IMG/VR virus record: IMGVR_UViG_3300043420_000933
Span: 1-61,231 of that record
Length of the DNA stretch: 61,231 nt
DNA from: a virus
Lineage: Duplodnaviria > Caudoviricetes
Direction: 5' to 3' (one strand)
Shown: positions 36,314 to 47,204 of the stretch, in pieces
How positions within the stretch are numbered: position 1 is the first letter of the stretch
How the letters are laid out: each line of letters begins with the position of its first letter
Translations under genes and position numbers: made by a program
The notes under the pieces: generated by a model
Database searches by the model: none
Seen by the model: the letters and a program-made list of their open reading frames with translations, nothing else
What the model was told of the DNA's origin: nothing

Positions 36314-38158
36314 TCACAAGATATTTTGTGAATTAAATTTTCCATTATCTTCATTAAAATAATATGAATTTGGTTCAAACTCTGAAAAATCAGTAGAAAT
36401 TAACGAATTTAAATCTCTTTTCAGATTATTTAATTCAACCTGAGAATTAATTTTACCTTGCAATAAGCAAAATGCTTGTCCTTCAAGTTTATCTCTAATT
36501 CTTCTCAGTGCTAATGATGACCCTATTAAATTATCAATTTGAGGAAGATTTCTACTTATGATTGTATCTCTTTCACTTTCTTTGGTTGTTATATTAGTTG
36601 CTAATTGTTGACAATAAGAACCATCCAATCCACCAGAAGGAACTGGATAAGGACCACCTGGTGTTCCAGTATATCCAATACCATATCTAACACTTGAAGT
36701 GGAACCAACAGAAATTTTAATTGTTTCTCCTATTTCCGCATATTCTTCTGCGCTTCCCACTAAAATTCCTTCCGAATCATAAGTATATGTAATCTTTAAT
36801 GGCCAACTTCTATTTCCAAAATAATATCTTGAAAATCCTGCACCACACTCTGGTTCTGGTGCATATTTTGGTCCCAAAATTTCTTCCCATTTAAATGGAC
36901 CAACTGGTTTTCCATTATTCACTCTAACCAATTTGTGTCCAACACCAATAGTAGAATTATCTAAAACACCAACTTTTATTGGATTTATTGGATTATTATT
37001 AATATCAAATTCGAAAACATCTTCTTGTGTCTTTCTTATGACTAAGAAATTAGTACTACTTGCAGAACCAATTGAATTTTTACTTAAATTTAATGTAGGT
37101 AAAGTCTCAATAACCCCAACTTTAAAAATTTCAGGTTCAGTTGTCGCAATTCCAACTATAGCAGACTGATTTAAAATTAAACTATCAACAATAACACTTG
37201 TTGATATAAATCCTCCAATACCAGAACCACCAGCATTTGGATCCCAAATATCAGATTGCAAGATTGTTGTTGTTCCAATTCCAACAATAATTGTATTATT
37301 TGGTAAAATTCCAGAAAGATTAATCGCATAATTTGTTGATATTCCAGTTGTAGTCCCAGTCCCAACACCAGATAATATTGTACTGCCCACAGAAATGGAA
37401 CCACGAAAATCAACCGAAGACAATGAAAATAAAGTAGTTCCAAATCCAACCACTGATGGTATATTTGCCTTTGAAAATACAACAGGATTATCTATATTGT
37501 CAATTATTTCATCCCCTATTAGAATTCCTGTTGTTCCTCCTGCACTTATAATTGTGAGACTACTTTTTGCCACTCCAATATTACCATCAAAATCCAAAGG
37601 TGTGTAAACACCATAGTCTTGGTTTTGAGGTTTTCTATAGTACTTTGCACCATATTTGGAATAATCTATTCTCAAACTTGGACTTTCTTCTACAGCATAT
37701 TCTGATAATATTATAATGTCATTTACGTCACCAAATGTTTCATATGTTGATTGTTTACTTAAATTCCAATATAAACTATTAGAACACCCAGCAGCAACTC
37801 TTGCATCGTAGGCAACTTTTACTTCATTGATAGATGAATTAATTTCATTTGATAGAGAAACAATTTTTTTATCAATATTCCCAATCAAAATATCATATTG
37901 ATCAATTTTTAAATCAAGTAAAGTTAATTGATTTTCAATTTGTTTTTTCTCCTCTTCTTTGAACTTTATATCTTGTCTTAGGTCTTTTTTGAACTTTTCA
38001 GATAATGTAGTTTCTCTTTCTGTTGATTTTTTTTGAAAATCATCTAATTCAGTCAAAGAATCTGAAAAAATACTCTTTGGATAATTTCCCAAATAATAAT
38101 CTTGAGATATTCCTATACTTTCAAAGAATTCATCTATATTTTTATAATCTACTCCCAT
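36314..38158 (-). CDS. Baseplate-region structural protein
   Basis: 614 aa with coiled-coil termini; lies downstream of the gp5 group. Confidence 0.65.
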   Translation of the reverse strand: MGVDYKNIDEFFESIGISQDYYLGNYPKSIFSDSLTELDDFQKKSTERETTLSEKFKKDLRQDIKFKEEEKKQIENQLTLLDLKIDQYDILIGNIDKKIVSLSNEINSSINEVKVAYDARVAAGCSNSLYWNLSKQSTYETFGDVNDIIILSEYAVEESPSLRIDYSKYGAKYYRKPQNQDYGVYTPLDFDGNIGVAKSSLTIISAGGTTGILIGDEIIDNIDNPVVFSKANIPSVVGFGTTLFSLSSVDFRGSISVGSTILSGVGTGTTTGISTNYAINLSGILPNNTIIVGIGTTTILQSDIWDPNAGGSGIGGFISTSVIVDSLILNQSAIVGIATTEPEIFKVGVIETLPTLNLSKNSIGSASSTNFLVIRKTQEDVFEFDINNNPINPIKVGVLDNSTIGVGHKLVRVNNGKPVGPFKWEEILGPKYAPEPECGAGFSRYYFGNRSWPLKITYTYDSEGILVGSAEEYAEIGETIKISVGSTSSVRYGIGYTGTPGGPYPVPSGGLDGSYCQQLATNITTKESERDTIISRNLPQIDNLIGSSLALRRIRDKLEGQAFCLLQGKINSQVELNNLKRDLNSLISTDFSEFEPNSYYFNEDNGKFNSQNIL

Positions 38159-38160
38159 AA

Positions 38161-39018
38161 TTAAATCACCTCAGGATAGTTGTTATTTTTTTCTTCTTCA
38201 TATTCTACAATTAATTTATCTACATCTTTTCTTTCTGCATATACAATATAACTACAATCAACTGGACCACCAGCATTATTTACTATATTAATTCTACAAC
38301 CCCATTCAATGTTCTTAACATAAAGTTCTTGATAAAATGAATGAGGTGTTAAACTTATAGTAATTGTTTCCGGATCTACGAGACCTCTCCAATAATCCGG
38401 AAGTTCAATTATATTTGAATTGGTGAGTCTTCCACGATAATATACTCCAATTTCTGGTCCTTCTAAGCAAGTATGAACTAATCTGTGCCCTTGTTTTATT
38501 GGGTGTGGTATGTCGAATTTTTTAAATGGTGCTGCAACTGATGCAAATACTCCCAGTTTTGCTTCACAAGTTCCAAATAACCCAAAAGTTGCTTCTATCT
38601 TTGGAGTTATTGTGACTGCATTACAAGCCTTTGGGCCATTAGTAATTTGAGCTGCATTGTTTAGTTTCAATCCAAAAATTGCTTTCATTGCAGAGGCAAT
38701 TTCTGCTCCAAGTTTATTAATAAATCCAAGTTTATTTGTAACTGCAGTATCATTAATAACTCCTGCAGTGTTTGTGATGCCAGCAAAATTTGATATTCCA
38801 GCAACTTCAAGAGACACAGGAGCAGCAAGTCCAGGCAAAGGTGGTCCAATCATACAAGTTGCTCTTGCCACTCCAATCTGTGGAGTTAAACCAATATAAC
38901 AAGGACCATTGATGACTGCAGTTCCTGGGGTGAGTTTATCGGTAGCAGTCAAAAAAGACATATCCAATTGACCTACAATTAACTTTTCACCAGCATTAAC
39001 AACTGTAAAATCTGCCAT
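38161..39018 (-). CDS. Baseplate spike-associated protein with C-terminal chaperone-like domain
   Basis: KKFDIPHP...LVHTCLEGPE.GVYYRGRL...IELPDYW. Confidence 0.65.
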   Translation of the reverse strand: MADFTVVNAGEKLIVGQLDMSFLTATDKLTPGTAVINGPCYIGLTPQIGVARATCMIGPPLPGLAAPVSLEVAGISNFAGITNTAGVINDTAVTNKLGFINKLGAEIASAMKAIFGLKLNNAAQITNGPKACNAVTITPKIEATFGLFGTCEAKLGVFASVAAPFKKFDIPHPIKQGHRLVHTCLEGPEIGVYYRGRLTNSNIIELPDYWRGLVDPETITISLTPHSFYQELYVKNIEWGCRINIVNNAGGPVDCSYIVYAERKDVDKLIVEYEEEKNNNYPEVI

Positions 39019-39020
39019 AA

Positions 39021-39590
39021 TTAATCAGAACAAATGGAAGCAAAGAATTTTTTAAATCTGGCAATAGCATCTAATATTTTACCTAAAACTGAAGATTTAT
39101 CCGAGTCTATTCCTGATTGAACTTCTGCTTGTGTATTTGCACTAACGGATGCAGTTCCTCCTGTTACTGAAGCATTATTTGATGCTGCAATTGTCACATT
39201 TGTTCCTTGTGCAGTAATCGTTGGAGCATCTAAATGTACTATTTTGGATGCTTGAAATGTGATTTCTCCTCCACCCACACCATCAACAGCAACAAAACGA
39301 ATGTTTGCTGCTTTTATTGTAATAGTTCCTAAAGGTGCTTCTAATATTATTCCTCCATTTTCAGCACGAATAATTTTTGCTGGTTCTTGTTCATTTGTTA
39401 TTTTTCTTCCAACAACTTCCTTTGATGTTTTATCTGCAATAAGATCTAAATCACCATTTTCATAGTAAATAAATCCTTGTCCCTTCTTTGTTGTGCAAGA
39501 ATAATCTATCTTCCCATTATGAGGACTTTCTACTCCACAGGCTTCTATAAAATGATCAGTTTGTCTTAAATGCGGATCTGGAGTTGTCAT
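39021..39590 (-). CDS. gp5-like beta-strand spike segment
   Basis: Repeated short beta strands (IIRAENGGIILEAPLGTITIKAANIRF); follows gp5. Confidence 0.55.
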   Translation of the reverse strand: MTTPDPHLRQTDHFIEACGVESPHNGKIDYSCTTKKGQGFIYYENGDLDLIADKTSKEVVGRKITNEQEPAKIIRAENGGIILEAPLGTITIKAANIRFVAVDGVGGGEITFQASKIVHLDAPTITAQGTNVTIAASNNASVTGGTASVSANTQAEVQSGIDSDKSSVLGKILDAIARFKKFFASICSD

Positions 39591-41800
39591 ACACAATCTA
39601 TCACTGAGGTTACTGCGATTCCAGAGACTGCTGGAATACCAGTTGTTGAAGAATAATTTGGAGTAAATTGCATAACTGGAATGAGTTCTGCTCCTACCCC
39701 TGTGCTGGTATTTATAGTTAATATAGGAATGTCCTTAAATCTTCCAGTAATATTTGTCGGCATTTTAATATCCACAATTGCTCCACTTTCTGGAGAAACA
39801 ATTAATTCGTAAGTATTTTCCCCATCTATAACTTTATCTCCAGTTGTATATCCATAACCTGGTTTATCCACAACAATGTCAGTAACTATTCCTGTTATAG
39901 ACGAACTTATTCCAGGTGCAGTTGTTCCAAGACCAACTACGTTCGTTGCAAGACCAATATTACCTTTACAATAACCATTTCCAGAATTTAGAATTATAAC
40001 TCTATTGATTCCACCATCTTTTTCATCAACTTCAATTCTTGCAGTTGCACCTAAACCATAATTACTTTTATCGACAATTCTAACATCTGTTGTTCCATTT
40101 TGATAACCAAATCCTCTATTGATAATTTGAACAGAGAATATTTTACCACCATCACTAACTATTGGAATTGCTTTAGCACCGACTCCATCACCAGTGATAT
40201 AAACCTGTGGTGGTATGCAAGTTTTCCATCTACTTCCAATTGGCATTCTCATTAAATCATCTTGATTTTGTGGATTGATAACTTTAGAAGAACAAGATAC
40301 ATTGCTAAGTGCTCTATCAATTAATCCACCAAATCCAGATCCAAATGTATCAACTGCAGAATACAGAGAAGTATCACGAAGAGAATCTTCTATTGCATTT
40401 CCTGCTTGAGCAGAAGTTTTAAACACATTTACACTACTAACCATCTTCTTCCAATCATCTGCCTCTTTCTCACTTGGACCAAACTTTGCTGCCCAAGTAT
40501 AAGGTTGTTTGCAAGCAAGTCCAGTACATTCAAGAAAACTAAAAATTTGAGATGCCAATGAACTTGCTTGATTTAAAATTCCAGAAATTGTTCCCAATCC
40601 ACCAGTTAACCAACTAATACCAGACATTATTCCAGATAATGCGTTTTCAATTGAATCCATTAATTTAGCAAGGATACCAGCAGTCCATTCTTCTGCCGCA
40701 CAAAGAGGAACATTTACTGTTCTATTCACCAAATCACTTAATGCATCTGTAATAAAATCCAAAAGACTTGATGGAAGTTTTTCTAGAATACAAAAAATTG
40801 CATCAAGAATTTTCTTCATTGATTCCAAAACAATCTTTTGTTGAGGCTGTGGGACAACAAGACCAACTAATTTTCTAAATGCCCAAGTAATACATTTAAA
40901 AATTGTGTTTCTTAAATTATTAATAATCAGTTTTACGATGCCAAGTATAGACCTAGCAGTATTACGAATTTGGTTTTGTATATCTACAATTTCATTTAAT
41001 ACAGTATCTACATAAACATCTAAGTATCTATCCAATCCATTTGTAATTGCCATAAAGCTTTGAAGAGCTTGTGAGATATCTCCAATTAATCCATTTTGAC
41101 AACCATTAGGTATTGTAATTTCTATGTCTGCCTTTTTTGCAACTTGCCAAATTGATGCAGCATCAAATTGAAGTCTATCTCCATACTGAGGAAACACACG
41201 AGTAGTCCCAGTATAAAATCCAACATTTGAATTAAAAGCAAGATCTACTTTATCTTTTGTTGATAGTGGAGAAGTTTCTGTTTGAGGATTTTCAGGAACA
41301 ATGGACTTACGTTTTCTTGCACTTCTTTGAGTTGCTGGGATGTTATTTCCAGGATGACCAGTGAATGGTTTAAATTGAGAACTTTTTTCTTTTGCTATTG
41401 ATTCTTCACTAATTAAATTCTTAACACCATCACTACGATGAAGCAACCCAATTACCACTGGTTGCTGGGCATCGTCACCATCAATAAAAAATCCAAAGCA
41501 AGTCTCCCCACCTTTTAGATTGGTTGTAGCACCCATTCCACCCTGACTACTTCCAAATGCAGGGTCCATCATAATCTGTGCCCAAGGCAAATCATCGTCA
41601 GGAAGGACATTGCCATCAAAAGTATGATGTCCAACAATCCTTACTTTACATCTTGCTGCCCATACTTTACCATCGGAACCTTTTTCTTCGGAAAACTGAG
41701 ACTTACTTTTCCAAGAATTTTGATTTGCTACTTGACCAATCCACCAATAAAAACCATCTTTGCCGATGTAATTGGATTTTAATAATGCTTCTTCAATCAT
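39587..41800 (-). CDS. gp5: Baseplate hub subunit gp5 (OB-fold N-terminus, no lysozyme domain seen)
   Basis: GFYWWIGQV...RCKVRIVGHH...LPDDDLPWA...GFFIDGDDAQQPVVIG. Confidence 0.85.
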   Translation of the reverse strand: MIEEALLKSNYIGKDGFYWWIGQVANQNSWKSKSQFSEEKGSDGKVWAARCKVRIVGHHTFDGNVLPDDDLPWAQIMMDPAFGSSQGGMGATTNLKGGETCFGFFIDGDDAQQPVVIGLLHRSDGVKNLISEESIAKEKSSQFKPFTGHPGNNIPATQRSARKRKSIVPENPQTETSPLSTKDKVDLAFNSNVGFYTGTTRVFPQYGDRLQFDAASIWQVAKKADIEITIPNGCQNGLIGDISQALQSFMAITNGLDRYLDVYVDTVLNEIVDIQNQIRNTARSILGIVKLIINNLRNTIFKCITWAFRKLVGLVVPQPQQKIVLESMKKILDAIFCILEKLPSSLLDFITDALSDLVNRTVNVPLCAAEEWTAGILAKLMDSIENALSGIMSGISWLTGGLGTISGILNQASSLASQIFSFLECTGLACKQPYTWAAKFGPSEKEADDWKKMVSSVNVFKTSAQAGNAIEDSLRDTSLYSAVDTFGSGFGGLIDRALSNVSCSSKVINPQNQDDLMRMPIGSRWKTCIPPQVYITGDGVGAKAIPIVSDGGKIFSVQIINRGFGYQNGTTDVRIVDKSNYGLGATARIEVDEKDGGINRVIILNSGNGYCKGNIGLATNVVGLGTTAPGISSSITGIVTDIVVDKPGYGYTTGDKVIDGENTYELIVSPESGAIVDIKMPTNITGRFKDIPILTINTSTGVGAELIPVMQFTPNYSSTTGIPAVSGIAVTSVIDCV

Positions 41801-42002
41801 CGTAAATTTTACATTCAGAGGAGTCAGGATTTAATGAACAAAATAATTCAAACGTTGTTGGTGTTTGAGTTGCCGTAGGATTATTTTTTTGATACTCAAA
41901 AAGGTCTTCAAGGTATGAACTCAAATATCTTTTTCTTTGCTTATTTATTGAGGATTCTTCCAACTCCTCACAAATTTCGTTTATAGTTTCTTGTAAATCC
42001 AT
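41793..42002 (-). CDS. cp12: CP12-like Calvin-cycle inhibitor
   Basis: C-terminal PTTFELFCSLNPDSSECKIYDD (C-x8-C-xxYDD). Confidence 0.75.
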   Translation of the reverse strand: MDLQETINEICEELEESSINKQRKRYLSSYLEDLFEYQKNNPTATQTPTTFELFCSLNPDSSECKIYDD

Positions 42003-42007
42003 TTTTC

Positions 42008-43321
42008 TTATGTGTTTTGGGAACTATAGAGACCATAACTATCACGGATTAATTTTACACTTGTAACCATTTGGTTTCCTTCAAAATGATGTCTTAATTC
42101 TTTAATTAAATATTTTCCACTTTGTTCATCATCTGCCTCTTTTTTATCAGATCTTGTGATCTTTGGAAACTGGGCATTTATAATGTCTCCAACTTTGAGT
42201 CTTATATTGCAAGGTATAACCATATTTAGTGATTGCGTGAACAATAAATTATATCTAGAATAAGACATTGACATATCAGCACCACTCCTTGACTTACCAC
42301 TTATCGTACCATCGTTGTTTAAATTTCCTCTATCAGAAACTTTAACCATAATTCTACTAATACTATCTCCAAATTCATCAGAAACAGCAATGCTTTCTGC
42401 TGCACCTAGTTTATTTTTAACTTGGTCTTTTAATGTATACCTATAAATGTCTAAAGTATTTGAATACAAATCAAAATAATATGTTTTATTTGCATACATA
42501 CCAACTCTCAAGGATTTCATTAAATCAATATTCTTTTCGTACTTATAATTTAAAATTCTAAAATTTGTTTCTACATTATTACTCTCAATGATTGGAGCAT
42601 ATTGATAATTGTATATTGATTCATTATCAGCACTATTGTTTTGAATCTTAGTACTTGATACTAAACTATCAATGCTTCTAAAATTAAATCCATCTTTATT
42701 TTCATAGAATAAAAAACCTGCAGTTCCTTTTGCTATCCCACTATTATTTCCACCCGACGTTCCAGAGTTTTGTCCATTTGCGGGAACTGCTTTTGGTCCC
42801 AACCAAGTTAAAGTATGAAATGGTTTGCGATTATTTCCAATGAAAGAATAATCATTTGAAGTTGCTTCTATATTTTCATTCTTAAATTTTTTAGTTTTTA
42901 ATACATCCTTTAAAATTTTAGTTACTGTAGTTTGAATGTTTCCTGTATATTTTCTTTCACATCTAGTAGTGTCATTTGTTAAACCTTCACGAGAAACTAA
43001 GTGCAATGTGAACATCTCATTAGTTTGTTGTGCATCAAGATTACTGACCTTATAAACATAAAAAGCATTATCACCATCAAATAAAAATTCACCAAATGCA
43101 GTATCAACACTGATAGAAACTTTTTCTCCACCACGAATTGGTAAAAGATTAAACAAACTTGTACTATTAACTATTTGAGCAGTAGCAGTTATGCAAGGGG
43201 ATAAAATATCCTCAAAGTAATCAAAAAACAATAATGAATTGGTAATATCAATTTTTTTACTACCATCCAGTGATTGTATAATGAAATAATTCGGTTTAAA
43301 TGCTGCTACAGATTGAGACAT
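42008..43321 (-). CDS. Baseplate hub protein (gp27-like)
   Basis: YFEDILSP, GFLFYENKDGFNFRSID, SGKYLIKELRHHF; upstream of gp5. Confidence 0.7.
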   Translation of the reverse strand: MSQSVAAFKPNYFIIQSLDGSKKIDITNSLLFFDYFEDILSPCITATAQIVNSTSLFNLLPIRGGEKVSISVDTAFGEFLFDGDNAFYVYKVSNLDAQQTNEMFTLHLVSREGLTNDTTRCERKYTGNIQTTVTKILKDVLKTKKFKNENIEATSNDYSFIGNNRKPFHTLTWLGPKAVPANGQNSGTSGGNNSGIAKGTAGFLFYENKDGFNFRSIDSLVSSTKIQNNSADNESIYNYQYAPIIESNNVETNFRILNYKYEKNIDLMKSLRVGMYANKTYYFDLYSNTLDIYRYTLKDQVKNKLGAAESIAVSDEFGDSISRIMVKVSDRGNLNNDGTISGKSRSGADMSMSYSRYNLLFTQSLNMVIPCNIRLKVGDIINAQFPKITRSDKKEADDEQSGKYLIKELRHHFEGNQMVTSVKLIRDSYGLYSSQNT

Positions 43322-45420
43322 TAGCTTGCTGACAGATTAGTAAGTAACATAGTTTTCATAAGACTATTTACCACCTGTCCTTCATCTGGACCAGGAAGAA
43401 TTACAGTGCCTCCCCCACCTCCACCAACTGGAATAAAGACTGGTTTTTGTTGCCCACCTCCACCTTGAGGACTCATCATCATTGGTATAATTGTTGTAAC
43501 CTGTTGTAGTTGATTATAAGAAGGATATTGTTGGAGATTTTGAATCATTCCAGATTGATATGCAGCCATTGCTTCTGGTGTCAAATCCGGACCTCCCATT
43601 CCAGGTCTCTTTGATGCATCCATTATTGCTTTAATTCTGGAGAGATTTGAATTTGGATCACTTGCTTCATTTGCGATAATAGATTTATGATATATTACAT
43701 TTAATTTCTGTGCTTTTGCTAATTTTTCAACCAATTCAGCAGTTTTCAAATTATATTCCTTTTCTCCAGGAGCACCAGTTTCACCTTTTGTCACATCAGC
43801 GTGTCCTGCAAAAATATGATATGCACGTTTAGGGTCTTTCATCATTGCTTCAACTATTCTTCTTGCATTTGCTTCAGCACCTAGTGCCATATCTGTTTCT
43901 AGAATGTTTCCACCTCTATTTGTAACACCCAATCCTCCTCTAAAATTTTTACCATAAGTCCCGAAACTAGACACAAGTGCTTGAGAGACAGCAGTATCTG
44001 GACTAGTATTACTTGGGATTAATCCTGTTTTTTGTCCTTTTGCATTTGGGTCTGCGTGCAATTCTAAAACAAAAGGATTAGAACCTGCTCCCGAAACTCC
44101 TGCCTTTGGTTTTACTTTTACATTTCCACCAAATCTGAAATACTTATCTCCTTCACTTGTTGGAATTTCAAATCTTTTACTGCCTTGCCTAACCTCAAAG
44201 TGAACGTGAGGTCCAGTAGAGTTACCAGTGCTTCCGACATTTCCAATTACAGTTCCAGGTTCTATTTGTTGTCCCTCTTTAACTGATATTTTGCTTAGGT
44301 GTCCATAAAAACTACTAGAACCACCAGGATGTGCAATTTGTACTGAATATCCATACCCACCATCATTCCATCTCGCATATGAGACCTGACCAGGTTGAAT
44401 CACACTTACTGGGGTTCCTTCTGTAATAGCATAATCAACACCCTGATGTAGTCTTCCCCATCTCCAACCATAAGGAGATGATGTATAATTACTAGGCATC
44501 TGACCACCCCCAGCAGTCATATCTTGAAGTTTCCCAGGAAGTTCTGGAGCATCAGGAATTGCATCTGGGTCAAGTCCGTAATCCAACATCATTTCATCAG
44601 AACCAGCAGCAGATGCGGCAGCATTTACCATTGAAGCAAATGACTTATAAACAAAGTTTTCAAACTTTCCTACAGAGTCACTAAATCTGTTTATTATATC
44701 ACCAAATCCACTTTCTTGAACTGATGCTTTTTGTTGCTGTTCTTGTGCTTTTAGTCTTTCCTCAACTTTGCCAGACACACCTCCAGCACCACTAGTTGCA
44801 AGTTCATATGTTCTATCTGCAGCATAACCACCAAGAAATCCACCTGCCATACTTCCAATCACAAAACCAAGTCCAGGGATTGGAATCAATGCTTGTCCAA
44901 TAGCACCACCAAGCAATGAACCAGCAAGATTTCCTACTGCACCTGATGCTGCTTGTCCTACACTTTCACCTTCTGCTAATCCCTGAGCAAAATCTAATCC
45001 AGAAAAAACTGCATTCAGAATACCTACAGATTTGAGTCCCCCAAATTGTAACTTGGAACCAGAGACCTTTGGTTTTGGTGGTCTTAATCCTCTGGTATTT
45101 TGAGGGGCACCCATTTTTCCTTTTGGTGGAAACATATTATCAAGGAAACCAGCAACATCAATTGCTCCTCCAAATAAAGATGATAATAAATTTCCAGGGG
45201 AACCAAAACTTGATGCAATGTTTAAGTTTGCAAGTTCTTTAATTTTTCTTTTTTCTGGTAACTTTATTTTATTGATTTCTTTATTCTGAGTATTTAAAAA
45301 TTTAGAAAAGTCAATAACTTCTTTTTGAATTCCTTTTAGTTTTCTTGAAGAATCTCCACTAAAAGAAACTATGTTATTGGAAGCAGCAACTAAAGGGGAA
45401 GAAAGTACTTTTTTCATCAT
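43321..45420 (-). CDS. gp29-like hub/tape protein with M23 peptidase and amidase-like domains
   Basis: HQGVDY...YGHL...STGPHVHFEVR (M23); ELHAD, ILE, AGH, GEKEYN (Amidase_3-like). Confidence 0.8.
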   Translation of the reverse strand: MMKKVLSSPLVAASNNIVSFSGDSSRKLKGIQKEVIDFSKFLNTQNKEINKIKLPEKRKIKELANLNIASSFGSPGNLLSSLFGGAIDVAGFLDNMFPPKGKMGAPQNTRGLRPPKPKVSGSKLQFGGLKSVGILNAVFSGLDFAQGLAEGESVGQAASGAVGNLAGSLLGGAIGQALIPIPGLGFVIGSMAGGFLGGYAADRTYELATSGAGGVSGKVEERLKAQEQQQKASVQESGFGDIINRFSDSVGKFENFVYKSFASMVNAAASAAGSDEMMLDYGLDPDAIPDAPELPGKLQDMTAGGGQMPSNYTSSPYGWRWGRLHQGVDYAITEGTPVSVIQPGQVSYARWNDGGYGYSVQIAHPGGSSSFYGHLSKISVKEGQQIEPGTVIGNVGSTGNSTGPHVHFEVRQGSKRFEIPTSEGDKYFRFGGNVKVKPKAGVSGAGSNPFVLELHADPNAKGQKTGLIPSNTSPDTAVSQALVSSFGTYGKNFRGGLGVTNRGGNILETDMALGAEANARRIVEAMMKDPKRAYHIFAGHADVTKGETGAPGEKEYNLKTAELVEKLAKAQKLNVIYHKSIIANEASDPNSNLSRIKAIMDASKRPGMGGPDLTPEAMAAYQSGMIQNLQQYPSYNQLQQVTTIIPMMMSPQGGGGQQKPVFIPVGGGGGGTVILPGPDEGQVVNSLMKTMLLTNLSAS

Positions 45421-47180
45421 CCATCTACTATGTTATAAACCATTCTTGAATATAAAACTAAAAAGTTATCGGTGTTTGCTGAAGGCAACAATGGAACCGA
45501 TGGACCATTTTTTTGAGTTGCCGGTGGTGCTGAAACACCCCCTCCACCACCTTGAGATTGTTGAGGCATTGTTCCAGACAAATCTATCGGAACAATATTT
45601 GTTTGTGATTGTGCTACTGTCTGAGCAGGTTGGGAAACATTAGTTGCTAAGTTTTTGTATTGTTCTAATTTTCCAGACATATATGCCGCAGCAGATTCAG
45701 GGGTTAACTCATCATAACTACCCCCTATTCCTGGTTTTGGTGCAGAAACTTGACCTAATGTTGATGGACCTTTTCCCTTTCCACCTATGAATTTATTAGA
45801 ACCCCTATCAAAATAAACACCTCCCCCTTCATATTTCCTGCCTCTAAAATAAAGTCCACCCCCAATGTCTCTTGCGGATGTTTGTGACATAACACCTTGA
45901 GTTTTAAAATCTTCCAGTACTTTTAGGGCTGATGATGGGTCACCTCCCCCAAACATTTTTGCAAGATTTTCAAGTCCATTTGGACCTTCTGAAATCTCTT
46001 TTAATTTGGCAATTCTTTCTTGGGGATTTTTTCCAAGTTTTGCTGCAATTGGACCATAAATTTTTTGAGCATCTTTATCCGCACTTTCAACATAAATTGC
46101 AGAAGAAATCGGACTAAATTGTTCCCTAGCAGTGACTTGACCAAACAAATCACCATACCCAGAATGATTTTTAGCAGCACGATTTATCATTACTTGCATA
46201 ACATCTGCTTGATTTTGTGCTCCAGATGCTTCCAAAGTAGATGTAAATGCTGCAAGATTTTCACCTGCAGTTCCAGTGCTAACTACTGGAGTGCCATCAC
46301 GACCTCCACCTCCACTAGAACTTCCACCTCCACCAGAACCACCTCCTCCACCACTAGGAGGTTTAGTACCTTTTCCAATACCAACCATCGTATTGATTGC
46401 TGCAATAAATCTCTCTATTGCAGAACCAAAAATTGATATAATATCTCCACCATCTCCTGGTTGAAACATTCCTGCTCTGATTTCATCAACATTGGAAAGG
46501 GCATTGACTGTACCAGCACCAACAGCACCCACTCCAAGAGCACCAGCACCAAGGGCAAGCATTTTGCCTCTTCCTTTAAACATATTCCCAAGTCCTCTTG
46601 GTGCGCTCTTTCTGACACCACCCATAGGAACATCAACATCAATATCAATTCCACCTCCACCACCAGGAGTTGCTTTTGGGAGATTTGATAATTGTTTTAC
46701 TATCTTTACAATAACCTGACGAATTAATTTTGCAACTTCAAAACTTTCAGTAAATGATTTAGAAAGATTTTTTAAATTATCACTTATTCCATTTACAAAT
46801 TTTTTGTTCCCAAAAAACTGAATGAATTGTATTACACTCTTATATGTACTTAAAAATTTACTTAGAATACCAGTTGGTTTTGCGGATTCAACATCAGATA
46901 CTCTTTTCTTATAATCTGCAGTAAAACTTTGAAGAGTATTATTTAAAGTACTTGTTATATTGTTTGTAATATTTGTAGAAATAGTACTTACAATTGAATC
47001 TACTGAAGATGGAACTGGTTTTGCAGTGCCTCTCTGAAATCCTACTATTTTATTTGCGGCAGAAGCAATTGAAGATGTTCCAAGAAAAGAATCACCAGAA
47101 ATAAAATTTTTGGCGAGTTGTTGGTTTGTATTCTGCTTACCTACTATTCTTTCTGGGTTCAGAACCGAACCTATTGCCAT
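45417..47180 (-). CDS. gp29-like hub/tape protein with SleB-like cell-wall hydrolase domain
   Basis: LEASGAQNQADVMQVMINRA...QVTAREQFSP. Confidence 0.65.
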   Translation of the reverse strand: MAIGSVLNPERIVGKQNTNQQLAKNFISGDSFLGTSSIASAANKIVGFQRGTAKPVPSSVDSIVSTISTNITNNITSTLNNTLQSFTADYKKRVSDVESAKPTGILSKFLSTYKSVIQFIQFFGNKKFVNGISDNLKNLSKSFTESFEVAKLIRQVIVKIVKQLSNLPKATPGGGGGIDIDVDVPMGGVRKSAPRGLGNMFKGRGKMLALGAGALGVGAVGAGTVNALSNVDEIRAGMFQPGDGGDIISIFGSAIERFIAAINTMVGIGKGTKPPSGGGGGSGGGGSSSGGGGRDGTPVVSTGTAGENLAAFTSTLEASGAQNQADVMQVMINRAAKNHSGYGDLFGQVTAREQFSPISSAIYVESADKDAQKIYGPIAAKLGKNPQERIAKLKEISEGPNGLENLAKMFGGGDPSSALKVLEDFKTQGVMSQTSARDIGGGLYFRGRKYEGGGVYFDRGSNKFIGGKGKGPSTLGQVSAPKPGIGGSYDELTPESAAAYMSGKLEQYKNLATNVSQPAQTVAQSQTNIVPIDLSGTMPQQSQGGGGGVSAPPATQKNGPSVPLLPSANTDNFLVLYSRMVYNIVDG

Positions 47181-47204
47181 CTTACTTTTTTCTTTTGAAA
47201 TTAT

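Noticed and set aside
39021-41800. gp5 lacking lysozyme and divided over several ORFs as a novelty
   Set aside because: As far as I recall this is the common arrangement in T4-like cyanophages
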